Assembly: GCF_031769215.1 (NCBI RefSeq)
Contig: NW_026782739.1
Span: forward strand, 62,001-126,000
Origin: Ylistrum balloti
Lineage: Eukaryota
Length of the DNA stretch: 64,000 nt
Reading direction: 5' to 3'
The stretch's first letter is position 1, and each line of letters begins with the position of its first letter. Both the position numbers and the translations under genes were made by a program. The notes beneath the pieces were generated by a model, which searched no databases, was not told the DNA's origin, and worked only from the letters and a program-made list of their open reading frames with translations. Below, piece by piece: positions 25,701 through 39,500 of the stretch.

Positions 25701-28700
25701 TAGTTGGATTGTTGCTGGTCGCTATGGCTTCTAGCTGGTTAAACATTTCACTCTCACTGAAACAGTAATACTTGTATTTACAACCAGTTTTGGTAAAATG
25801 TACATCATCTTATTATGATCCATGTATACACAAAGTTTCAGTACCCTAATTTAAAGGTAAGAATAGTTTTTACAGACACAAAATTTTTAAAGGAGAGCAA
25901 AAAGTCTGTAATTTAGGGGTTATAGGACCTGACTGTGGCACACTATATATCATCTTAGTATGACCTATCTATACCATAGTTTCATTATCTAATTCACATG
26001 CAAGCAAAGATATTATGTTAACAAAGAGGAATCTGTAAAGAAAAGATTGTGGGCATTGAATCTAGTACACTGTACATCGTCTTAGTGTAACTGATGCACA
26101 CGATCATGATCCTTGCTTAACTCTGGACAAAGTCATGCTCCAGGCATGAAAAGGGCATCATAACAATGTCCATATGTGTTCTTAATTTCTAATATTCGTG
26201 AATATCATAATTAATGAATTGATTTAAAATGATTTAATTCAGAATTACAGCCTTAAAGCAGTATTCTACACATTCTTCTAAAAGTTGGTCTAAAAAATAA
26301 TGATATTGAAAATAAACTGTGTGAAAGAAATTACCTTTTTTCTAATCATTAAAAACTGATAAAATGTGGTTCATGACATTTTCCTGTAATGCAGCCAGCA
26401 TTCGTATTGTTTATAATCTGATCAAAAAACGGCTTAATACTTTTGTTCATAATTACAAAAAATTATTTACCACAATAAATAAGATGGAATAAATTTCTAA
26501 AAGCCACTGGATATGTTTAATTGGCAGTACAGCCCAAAGGATGTTTTCCTTCTCCTGTGATGGAAACTTGTCACACACTTTCTCCTCTGATGGAGATTCT
26601 TAAATAAAGTTCATGGGAAATTGCTATTATAAAAAGCACTTTATCAAGATATAGTACAAACCTTTTCATCCTTCTGGTTTACTTGATATGTAAATCCACG
26701 ATGATGATAACATTCATTATGATAACAATCTCAAGTATTTATTATGTTATATTATGAAGACATGTCAGTTGAATTTGAAAATTAAGTACAATGGTAGCCA
26801 TGGACGCCATTTTTTTATTTTTATTTGGAGAACAACTGTTCCAACAAGGAGGTGTACATTATAATGCCAGTTGACTACATTGTGAGTAGGATTACAAATA
26901 GTCTTCCTCAAGATGTGTTGTGTTAGTTTAGTGACACCAGCTGCACTATTTCAGAAGATACAAAAACGAAACTGTACCTCCTAGCAATAAGGATTTACAT
27001 ATTGTAAGCAGGGGGTGATTGAAAGCAAATTTTTTCGTATTTAACAATATTAACTTTTTTAATCTATAAACAAGCTGATTTGATTTCATCCAAGACATGA
27101 AATCGTGTGTGATAGTTTTGAAATGTAATAACATTTTCTATAACTTCTCGTTAAAACAAGCTTGCATCAAATTCATGTTTATATTCATACACATTAAGGT
27201 TCTTAGCTCTATAACCCAAAATAGAACTTACTAGGATTACATAGTAACACTGCAAGGAAAATATATTCAAAACATATCAATTTATATGGAGAACTTATTG
27301 AAAGAATCGAAATTCTGAGTCATAAGTCATGAATACAAAAATGTTGACCATCAGACAATAATAAACCATTACCTGCCACCTGCCCACATCCACTTATAAA
27401 AAAGGCCCCCATCTTCATTTTCATGTAATGCCTTCATTCTGGAATGTTGTTTATGGAAAAAAGATATTTACTTTTGATTAAAACCATAAGTCACAAAGCT
27501 ATGATAATTTCTGAGTTGAAATTGATGGACGGCATCCCTGAAAGAAGCAATCTACAATGGTACAGTTGTATATCTGAATGAAAATCTAGCTTTCTAAATG
27601 GTAACTATTTATTGTTTTCACATAGAACAACCAGACCATTAAGAGTTGGTAAAATTTCACAGTTAAATAACCAAACAGCAATTTCTACTTTCTAAGTATC
27701 ATTAAATCATTAAATGACAATATTTTTTCTGCCAATTATACAATAGGTGAAGGTCTGATATTGTGCTGTGGATCACACAATAGGTAAAGGTCTGATATCG
27801 TGCTGTGGACCACACAATAGGTGAAGGTCTGGCAATGTGCTGTGGATCACATGATAGGTGAAGGTCTGACAATGTGCTGTGGATCACACGATAAGTAAAG
27901 GTCTGATATTGTGTTGTGGATTATACAATAGGTGAAGGTCTGATATTGTGCTGTGTATCACAAGATAGGAGAAGGTCTGATATTGTGTTGTGGATCACAC
28001 GATAAGTAAAGGTCTGATATCATGAAGTGGATCACATGAAGAGTGATTTTTCTAGTGACTACATGCATTTGGTGCATTGTTTGTCACAGAATTTCACACA
28101 GGATTTAACAGAGACTTAACAGAAGATTGGTGTGGTGCTGAATTCACAAACGTTTCACTTGTAAATGTACATTTTACATGTACAGCAAGGAAACATCATT
28201 ATCGTGCAACAGTTCATATTATTTTTAAAATTTCATCCTGATCGCCTGTCATTGCGGCGATGTCCAGGCGGACTGATGTGCACATGTCTCAACTGTATAC
28301 AGCAACTTAATCCCCACCCCACCCCCCATCAGTCCCTGTGGGTCAGCCAGAATCAATATGGGTATACCATAAAATTGTAATCCTTTGTTCATAATTCTAA
28401 CCAAGTCTGAAATATTTCCAACGCAAATTAAACAAATAATGTTCAAAAATCTGTTTTTCTCATATAAACAATATTAAAATTTACCCCCTCCCTGAGGTGA
28501 AATAAATGTTGGCTTACCATATAAGGACAAACATATGGTTGTGTTGTGAGCTGAAATACATGTCAGCCTACCATTATGGAGGCTAACCTACCGTTTGCCT
28601 TTTGTGGTGGTATACATTATGTTTGCCTTCTTTGTGGCTTCCACCTCTGTCAACCTGTGATTGAACTGCATTAACAAACGCTGGGCAAACATCCTGCCAG

Positions 28701-28884
28701 CTCCATAAATGCGCCCATAATTGAAGATCTGAAATGTGTGAAAGCGTGCAATGGATGAGGAGGAAACAACCTTAATCTACAGGTGACATCCTCATGGTTT
28801 TCCTATTTTTCCTGTTTTGAGGTTTCCCTTGTAAAAACAAAACACTGGGCAGCTAAAGCGGATATCTGACCAACTCTTATATAT

Positions 28885-28942
<58 letters not shown>

Positions 28943-31900
28943 GAATGATTCTATTATAGGAATATAAACGTAAACTACATGTTTCAATTTCCCTTATATC
29001 CCTAGAGACACATTAAGTATGGCACTTCAATTCTGTGACTTATTTAAATTTCTCAAAGCTTGAGATCATTGCTACAGACCATTTTCGAGCAACTCTAGTG
29101 ATCTCATCATTGGAGAATTCTCTGCAGATTTTATCATTTCCTCTACAGATCGGTGAACACTAAAACAAGCATGTATACCTTGGCATGATCTCGACTGATC
29201 CCCACAGTGTCGGCTGTCTTACTATGTAGGTCTGTCTTGTCACTTTTCTTACCCTGCAGAGTCATCCAGCCAAATGCAGTACATCCTTGAAGTGGAAATG
29301 TACAGTAAAGTTTAACTATTGTTGTCATTGTTATAGTTATGCTTTACAGAAAGACACTTTCTGAGGGGCATTTTATATCCTCACATAAAACAGTTCATTC
29401 AACCACCCCATGCTAAGCTACTTTAAAAGAGCTGAAAAGGACTTTTGAAATATGTAATACACATCTGTTTTTCAAAAATAAAGGAATATTTCAGGCAAAA
29501 AAATTGTTCAGATCAACTTATACATTGAAATGTTTGACCTCATACCAAATTTTAATTATGCAAATTACCAAGACTTTCTTATTTTCTACTTGTATAACAA
29601 ATGTCTTCTTGTATATTATATTACAAACATGCAGAGCTTTAATTAAACAGACTTTATCAGAAACATGCAGAGCTTTAATTAAACAGACTTTATCAGAAAC
29701 ATGCAGAGCTTGACGTACCATGAATTTTAGCATGTGCATCCCCTATGAGAGCTGCTATCCAGAGCTCCTCAGAGTCCACATCAGCACCTACAAATTTGTA
29801 TCCTGGTGGGGTCTGTATCATTGCCTTAAGCTCGCTGCCAACACGATCTGGCTGTAGAAGATGAATATTTACACGAAAATAAAATAAAATACAAGACTGT
29901 GACTGACATTGATTTAGTTGTAACGTACTTTATTTAGAAAACAAAACATAAACACAAGATGGGGACTATCATAGACTTTATATGGTACTATATTTAAAAC
30001 ATAAAACTTAAAAATTGGTGATGAACCCAGGAAACCAAAAAACCCGGCGTAAGCTAATTCACTTCTGTTGATGTTTCAGCAGATATTCAAACAAAAGCTG
30101 AAACACTGCTGTGATAAGTCCACTTTCCTAATTTGAGCCAGATGGTGATTATCTCAGCATATTGCTTATGTTTTACCATACTCTGCTTCTCTTAATGACA
30201 TCAATGCTACAGTTCAGTATTTCTCTGCCACTACTTACATAGGCATTACTGGCAGTCAGCCATGTTTGTTCTACAGCTCGTCTGGTGATGGTTCCTGCGG
30301 GGACAATCCGTGGAACAATAGCACCAAGGAAATCCATCTCATCATATTCTGTTTTACTGCCAAATATACAGATACAGAATTTATGGGCATATGTACTACA
30401 CAAGTAATTTTTTATCTTAAAGCAGTGCATACTACTGATTGTCTCAAAATTTTTTTGTTCAGAATTTTCACTCATCAAGATATTAAAGAAATCAACTACC
30501 TGTTAAATATCTCTAACTTCTAAATTCAATATCTAAGGTATATTTATTGATATTTAAATCAAAATAAGAGGGGCTCACACAGATATACTCCTTCATCTAC
30601 ATGCTTTTGATGCAATGGTGTATCATTTTGTAACATTGCTGTGCATGTCTCCTCTACAAGTTAACACATAAAACAGCTGTTTTACATGGCAATGAAAGGT
30701 GCATTAATACTTTAATGGTCTGCAACAGAATGGAAGAAGGGAAACGCCAGTGTGATGGAGAATTGGAAAAATGAGTAGAAAAAACACATGATCTGACAAC
30801 ATGCTGATAATCCAGAAAGCATAACTGCATTAACAATTAACACTTGAAAATCTTCTCCTGTAAACAGTATGATACCAGATTTGATTTATAATGGGATCTG
30901 TTCTATCAGTCAGATTGCGTTATATCAAATAACGTTTATAAGTCGTCAGATAAATTTGACATTTCTTAAAAAGTTCAAAACACAAGTCATGAGTTTGATA
31001 TCATCAAGTGTTGGGACTTGTCTAGGCTACATGACTCTATTGTAATGTGTGCCTACGTTGAAGCTTGCACTTTTGAAAGCAGTGTCTTAACTGCTTTGGC
31101 CAGATTGACACTAAAAACTTTCCACAACACCTAGGTTCCATGTCCATATTCTTATAATCTATGGATTATGTAAAATTCAATGTATTTTCATTTTTACAAC
31201 ATCATGTGATTTGCTTTAGGTGTGACCAGATCACAAAGTTGTAGTGTTGTTACTTTTATTATAGTGCATGATATAACCCTAACAGAAGAACACTTTGTTG
31301 TTTATTATAAAAAATAATTTCCTATTACCGTGGTAATTAAAAATTAAAGTAAAATCTTAAAATGCCTTATTTTATTAAATTTATTATATAAATATATAAA
31401 TAAAGTGGCCGGATTTTAAAAATGGGTAATGCAAAAGCATTGGAGTGGCAGGATTTTTAAAATGGCTCATGTAAATATAAGGATTGATCATCTATTTTGT
31501 TGCTTGCATGGAGAAAATAGACAATCAAACCTTAATTCTTCAAATTATGAACCCTTCTTTAACAAAGTTCCACTTAACATTTATCATCAAATTTTTCATA
31601 CAATTAAAATTGATGCCAAAACAATGATATTCACAGCTCTTAGGAAGCCAGAGTGCCTGAAGAAATCTCTTATCTGGTCAGAGAGAAGAGTATAATTTCA
31701 ACTCATTATCTGATCATTGTGTTAGATCACAACAGTGACGCAATACCTACCTGGTGATGGAATCCGGCAGGTCAGATGATGTTAGACCAAGGGCCATCTG
31801 ACTCCTGTAGGTATAACATGTATATGATTAATTACATTTTTATACATATACATATATAACAAGAGTATCAGTGAAACTGATGAAAGCTCCCCGTAAATGA

Positions 31901-34900
31901 CATTACAATAGAAAAATTTGCCAAAGGGCAATAAATCAAGGGATTGTAGGCCCTGAATTTGGTATACAGCACATTCTCTTCATATGACCAATGTATACAC
32001 CAAGTTTCATGCTCCTAGATTTCATGAAAGCAAAGCTTTGTTCATGACACAAAATCTTAACAAAGGGCAATAACTCTTTGCCACATTGCACCTTGCTTTT
32101 GTATATCTAGATCATCAGTTTACAATATTCTAGTTTGAATACAGGCAAAGTAAAGCTCCAGACACACAATTTTAACAAAAGGCAATAACTCTGAAAGTGA
32201 GTGGTTGATGGCCTTTAATTTGGTACACTGTACACTGTCTTAGTATGATCAATGCCTACACTTTTTATGATCCTTACTTCACTATAGGAAAGTTATACTC
32301 AGGGCAAGAAATTATTATCAAAGGGTAATAACTTTGTAATTGAGGGTTCAAGGGCCCTGAAAATGGTACATTAGACATTGTCTTAGCATGAACAACACAT
32401 TCACCAAGTTTCATTATCCTAGGTTATATAGAAGTGTTTTTGCTCTGGACACACAAATTTAACAAAGAGCAATTAAGGGGTTGTGGGCCCTGAATTTGGT
32501 ACATTGCACATCGTTTCATAAGATCAATGTATAGACCAAGTTTCCTTATCCTTTCCTATGGAGTATATAACAAACACTTATACAGTGTCACAGTTTTGTA
32601 TCCAACTGAGTATAGAGCCAAGCCTTATACAAATCAACAGTTTTGTATCCTGTTGAGTATAGAGCCAAACTTTATACAAAGTAACAGTTTTGTGTCCTGT
32701 TGAGTATAGAGCCAAACTTTATACAAAGTAACAGTTTTGTATCCTGTTGAGTATAGAGCCAAACTTTATACAAAGTAACAGTTTTATATCCTGTTGAGTA
32801 TAGAGCCAAACTTTATACAAAGTAACAGTTTTGTGTCCTGTTGAGTATAGAGCCAAACTTTATACAAAGTAACAGTTTTATGTCCTGTTGAGTATAGAGC
32901 CAAACTTTATACAAAGTAACAGTTTTATATCCTGTTGAGTGTAGAGCCAAACTTTATACAAAGTAACAGTTTTGTGTCCTGTTGAGTATAGAGCCAAACT
33001 TTATACAAAGTAACAGTTTTATATCCTGTTGAGTATAGAGCCAAACTTTATACAAAGTAACAGTTTTGTGTCCTGTTGAGTATAGAGCCAAACTTTATAC
33101 AAAGTAACAGTTTTGTATCTTTTGTATCACTTAGTTTGAAAATAGTACGACAAGATGGTAAACAGGTTGAAAAGAGAAACAAGAGGCCCATGGGCCTTAA
33201 CGGTCATCTGACAAAAAGCAAGCCAAACCTAAAAAGTGGGTTGAGGTCATTCACTTGAACAAACTTAGTAGCACTTCATCCCAGCATGTCACAGGCCCAA
33301 TATCTACACTCTGAGCCTTTTGGTTAATGAGAAGAAGTTGTTTAAAGATTTTAACATATTTGACCCCTGTGACCTTTAAAGTGGGTCAAGGTCATTCATT
33401 TGAACAAACTTGGTAGAGCTCCATGCCAGTATCCTCTGTGCCAAGTATTAGCCCCCTCGACCTTCTAGTATTTGAGAAGAAGTTGTTTGAATGAAAAGTT
33501 TACACACGGCGGACGGCGCACGGCGGACAACAACGGACGAAGCACGATGGCTATAGGTCATCTTGACCCTTTGGGTCAGATGACCTAAAAAAGTACAGAA
33601 GATGGTAACATGGTACGATTGGAGTCAATTTGGCTATCCTTTATTTTTAACACCTGGTCATAGATGTGCATAAAATGCACATCCTGTCCCACTTGGCTTA
33701 TGTTAGGAGCTGTAGAGTATACTACCTACTCAATTCTCTTCATATTGTTCTTCCAATAGGACGACATGCTGCCGAGTGTGAGAATGCGCTGAGCACTTGT
33801 ACCAGACAAGGCCTTCAATGTCCCCTCCTCAATTTTACTAAGATAGTCACGTGCCAGTGGGTTCCCAACACGATTGCCTTTACCATTCTGCAAAACAAAA
33901 ATCATCAAACATGAAGAAAGATTCTGCAATGTGTAAAAGAAACAAAAAAGATTGCAAAAATGAACAGGTTCCTTAAACAGTTAGAAAATTTGATCATTTT
34001 GACAAATGACATTTTAGGTGTAATATTTTCTCTTACCTACCTTGTGTGGGAGTGGAATGAAATGACATCCTGGTACTCTCTCATCTTCCATCGGCTCCAG
34101 GATGATCTACAAGGTTAACACACTTTCTCTCTCAGCATATTGGCAGAATGACCAATTAAATGTGGAAGATATTAGACAGAGTGTGAAGGAAAGAGTTTCA
34201 TCATTTAAGTATAACTATATCCTTCCTGTAATAATCCAAGGCACCAAACATCTCTAACTAAAAACTCAAGGGCACAGATATAGGCTTGTTCATGACTCTA
34301 CACAACAGCACAAGTACAGATATAGGCTTGTTCATGACTCTACACAACAGCACAAGTACAGATATAGGCTTTTTCATGATTCTATACAACCGCACATGTA
34401 CAGATATAGGCTTGTTCACAATCCTACACAACAGCACATGTACAGATATAGGCTTGTTCACAATCCTACACAACAGCACATGTACAGATATAGGCTTGTT
34501 CACAATCCTACACAACAGCACATGTACAGATATAGGCTTGTTCACAATCCTACACAACAGCACATGTACAGATATAGGCTTGTTCACAATCCTACACAAC
34601 AGCACATGTACAGATATAGGCTTGTTAACAATTCTACATAACAGCACATGTACAGATATAGGCTTGTTCACAATCCTACACAACAGCACATGTACAGATA
34701 TAGGCTTGTTCACAATCCTACACAACAGCACATGTACAGATATAGGCTTGTTAACAATTCTACATAACAGCACATGTACAGATATAGGCTTGTTCACAAT
34801 CCTACACAACAGCACATGTACAGATATAGGCTTGTTCACAATCCTACACAACAGCACATGTACAGATATAGGCTTGTTAACAATTCTACATAACAGCACA

Positions 34901-36494
34901 TGTACAGATATAGGCTTGTTCACAATCCTACACAACAGCACATGTACAGATATAGGCTTGTTCACAATCCTACACAACAGCACATGTACAGATATAGGCT
35001 TGTTCACAATCCTACACAACAGCACATGTACAGATATAGGCTTGTTAACAATCCTACACAACAGCACATGTACAGATATAGGCTTGTTAACAATTCTACA
35101 TAACAGCACAGATGTGAGTTTATTCATGACTCTACACAGCAGCACAGATATGGGCTTGTTCACAAAACTACAAAATGACACAGCTATGGGCTCATTCATA
35201 ATTCCAAACAACAGCACAGATATGGGCTTATTCACGACTCTACACAGCAGTACAGATATAGGCTTATTCACAATTTTATTCAACACTACAGATATGGGTT
35301 ATCTTATCACCAGGTAAACCGGTAAGAACATACACATGACATAATCCAAGTAGATGTGTCTGAGCAAAAGAATGCTGATAAATAAGTAGAATTTTGGAAC
35401 TGTTTAGTGATATTGGCTTTGCTAAGAGATGTACTCATGAAAATTAAAGTTCTGCTTGCAAAATGAATAGGAAGGAATGTGAAATAAAATTTTATTTGCT
35501 AATCTTTTTTTTTTTTTTTGCTCTTATACCCACTGAAAGAAAGCTCTCCAATATTCACCTGTTTCTTATCATTATACATCTACATACCAAATTACAGTTC
35601 TACAATTAAAGATGTTTAAGAGTTAATCAGCAGAGACAAAATCATGATGAAATGAGAGAATGTTGGAATGATAGATAAGGGCAACACCATATGCCCTAAG
35701 ATATGACATGATAAGAGTATGAATAGTGTAAAAATAAGCTGTTCTATCAGTTATTATATCAAAGAATACCAAACCTAATACTATACATGTTGTGGACTGA
35801 CCTTGATGTGACTTTAATGACCTTTGATGACACCTACTAAACCTGACACCAGAAATCCAATCCTCATTCTTATATATTGTATGCTTACTCCTTTTTCCCG
35901 ATCACGTATGACGGAATGACGTCTTTCTCGTTTGATATTAGCTTTGTCTAAATGGCGAGCCCGTTCATCCCAATCTAAATCCACAGCTGCATCCTTCATC
36001 ACAGAGTCCATCTTATTTTCAAAGTCCTTCAGGACCTCATTCTTTTCTGAGTCTTTTGATATCCCACACAGCTTGAACACTGACCTACAAAAGACAATAT
36101 TCTTGATAAGACCTTTTAATTTGGTTGAAATCTATCTGGTATGTGCCTTTTTATGCGTTTATTTTCCCATTTATTCCACGTTAAAAGTAGTATTTTACCT
36201 CAAATTTGACTTTAAATCATCTGTTATTTTCATTGATGGAACTAGAATGTAGAAGGTTTGGAACCGTATTTCTTTGTATACAATTTGTCTGATCCAGTTA
36301 TCATTAAGAGAGTTGTATGAGTAATTTCATGTGCTTTAAGTCCAAGTAAGATTTCCCAAATTAATCATAAAGTGATGCTTCCTTCTGATAATTGTTGAAG
36401 GATAATACATTGACCATATTATCAATACCATACAATATGATAAAGGACAATATACAATATACACAAGAACAGCATGAATCTTAAACTTTATCAT

Positions 36495-36529
<35 letters not shown>

Positions 36530-39500
36530 TTTCAGATTCAAGGATCCAATTACAGCCCAATATCCTGAACCCTTTACTTTGGAAAGGACAGGTGAATGAA
36601 CTTCTTGATTTCTTTGGTAACCCTCAGAAGCTATACATCAAGATTATCCACACAGAATTTTCTTACTCTATAGGAAATCTTGGCTTCCCTTCCTCTTGTG
36701 CTGTGTCTAGTTCTTGCAAGTCCATGGCTGCTTTTTCCTGATCAGGCACAAGATAACCCCAGCCATACTTGTCACTGTAGTGAAGAGGGTAGCCATCCCA
36801 AGTCATCCTCATCAGTTTGGGTGTGACCCTGACCAGGGTGCTGATGAGGGATGGGCCGACACTCCAGCCAGGGGCAGAATTCTTGGGGCACAAATCACGA
36901 TACCAGCTGCAAAATGGAAAATAACATACAGCTAGGCTTTCCTTCAAAATTTGCTGATTAACAGTGCATTATTATTTAGCTGAAACTACCTCATACATAC
37001 AACTACAGCATGTTTTATGTTTCAGAAATCTGTTGTTTTTTACCTGTGTTGATTCTGAAGAATTTGTAATCTTAGGTAACGATCACTAACATATCAGAAA
37101 GACTGGATCGCTTGTATAGGAAACTTTACAAGCACTTATGTAACTATGATCAACCTTTACACAGCTATGGAAAAAGAAGCATTAAACACCTTAATGAAAT
37201 TAATTACATTCCTTTATTCATCAGCTAATTGTGCCACACATATATCTGCTATCTTTATCTGTTTATGAAGTGGACATGCAACTGACCAATGTCCTTCACA
37301 CACCCTTTGGTAATCTTGACTGTCCTGGCATAATTAGCAACTAAACAAATTTAGCTCCCTGCTGGGTTTGAATGAAGACTTCAAATTTCACAATGTGCTT
37401 TAGAATACTCTAAAGGATATTGCCACAAAGTTGTTTTGCTGAACTTGTGAAAGTTAGTCACTGGTTTACAGTTATATATAGAATAATGTGCTTCAAGCGA
37501 CACCAAAAAATGTTGGTTTAAAGAAATTTTATGTAAAAATAAAATCACCTGATTCAAAAGTTCTATAGGTACTAAATACCAACTTGCTTGTGTCATTACT
37601 TTTCAGGAATTTCATAATCAGAGCAAAATTTCAAAAATCTAAATTGTTTCCAAGGCAATTAAAACATCATGAAAACAGAGTTTCTTAGTCTGCATTTGTT
37701 GTTTGTATTTCATGACTACTTTCTCACATGCTGTTTATCTAGAATCTGTTTGATACGTGTACAGTACACACATCGATAGCACAATTTGTAAATCAGCTGA
37801 TTATTCCAATATCAAGAACAATATATTCCTTTGAGTGTTCAATTTCGAGAAGTGTGTGAAAATCTCTAATGGGGATAGCAAGCATGTTTGAATTCAATGA
37901 CGGCCAACCTGCCATACAAGCTTTTAAATAAATCTGATCTACTTTTATATTGCCATTGAAACAAAAACAGAAGACACCCATTATTGTTCCAAATTCTCTG
38001 TTATTAAGGTGTCAAAAGTCAATCCAGTCTATGAATAGGTCATTACTGTCATATACTCTATGAAAAGCTCACTTGAGCTGTTTTTGTTGACCAATTTGAC
38101 CATATTGATATGATATTAAGCATGTACTAAAATCTGCTAGTCCATCCTGGTTTATGCTTGAAATATTACATTTAAAGTGACAATGAAGCAATTTGTTTGA
38201 GTAAACAAAAAAGACCCAATCATGACATAATTAGCAATCAGATATAGGGCTCCCTTCATGTTTAATATAAAGACCTTGTACATGTACTTCAAATTTTAAT
38301 TTGGTGAGAGTAAATCTTTGACATCTTGCTGAATTGCTAGAATCGAAAAAGTTTGATGTCGTGAAAGAAAGTTGGTATAGAGTATCAAGTTTTCAAAACA
38401 ATTGTTAAAAATATTATATTAATAGCAAATGTGTTGCTAACATCAAATCAAAACACATGCTTCAAAAGTTTCATCAGTTTTGATTACTGCACTCCTTACT
38501 TAGGGTAGCCTGGTGCATGCACTGGTCTCTTTGGGATTCTACTTTTCGTGGCGTAGGTTCTGGCAATGATTTCATCTATGTCATCTTCTACTTCCTCCTT
38601 ATAGGAAATGAAAATAATATAGAACTTAAAGACAACAGAATTACATTCAATAGGAATATTTCAGTATACATCTTCAGTAATTAATACATTTAATTCTTCT
38701 ATAGTTGTCATACGTGACCTTTGACACTTGAACCTTGAGCATAATCACCAAAATCAAATCAGGTGTAGAACTTGATGTTGTTAATAAGATGAAAATGAAG
38801 AAGACAAAATAATGATAATGATGACGACGACGATGACGATAATAGTGCAGGTAGGAAAGTGTGAAGGCCTGAATTTTTTTGTTTTGTTTTGTATTTGTAT
38901 TATATCACATTAAAAATCTTCTGGCTATCCAGTATCTTTTAAGAACCTAAAACATCTCTCCAGTGATCAGTTTGGACAAATGAAATTGGTGGGAATATTC
39001 TGAGCCAAACCAAAAGTGTGGTTACTGGTCACTAAAATTTCTGCTGGGATTACAATTTTGTTACTTCATTAGGCTTATTTTCTGTTGATTTTATAATTTA
39101 CACAAATGTTTCATTCTGTTCAGCTTACAACAATGCAAACCTGTTATGATGCAATCAGGTTTATGTGAACAGTTGTAAAACGATCTAGCTAGATTTATAT
39201 AGAATTTTCAAAAACTGAATATCATAAGCTTGTTTAAATGGTAAAATGAAGTGTACAGTTTCCATAAGAACATTAGTAGATGATTTTGCATAGTTTTCTT
39301 CAAAAGCATCCGATGATATCTTAACTTGAACCGAATATCACTTTAAACAAGCCATAAGCATAGATCAGTCACTCTCAATGGCCCGAACTGAAAGGTACAA
39401 GAAGTCTTATTGAAGAAGAAAAAAGTGTAGGAAACCTATGGGGTCAGACAGGTGAGGAGGAAACCAGAGAACAGGGGAAAACCCATGTGGTCAGACAGAT

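Noticed and set aside
28180-28410. Candidate POLG exon after TKGKR (65-aa ORF in track)
   Set aside because: The required phase hits TAG within three codons; the true next exon is 27438-27373, and the segment resembles HINE internal repeats.
34258-35317. 342- and 343-aa ORFs on opposite strands
   Set aside because: Translation of the 42-bp intronic minisatellite (period divisible by 3) inside a POLG intron.
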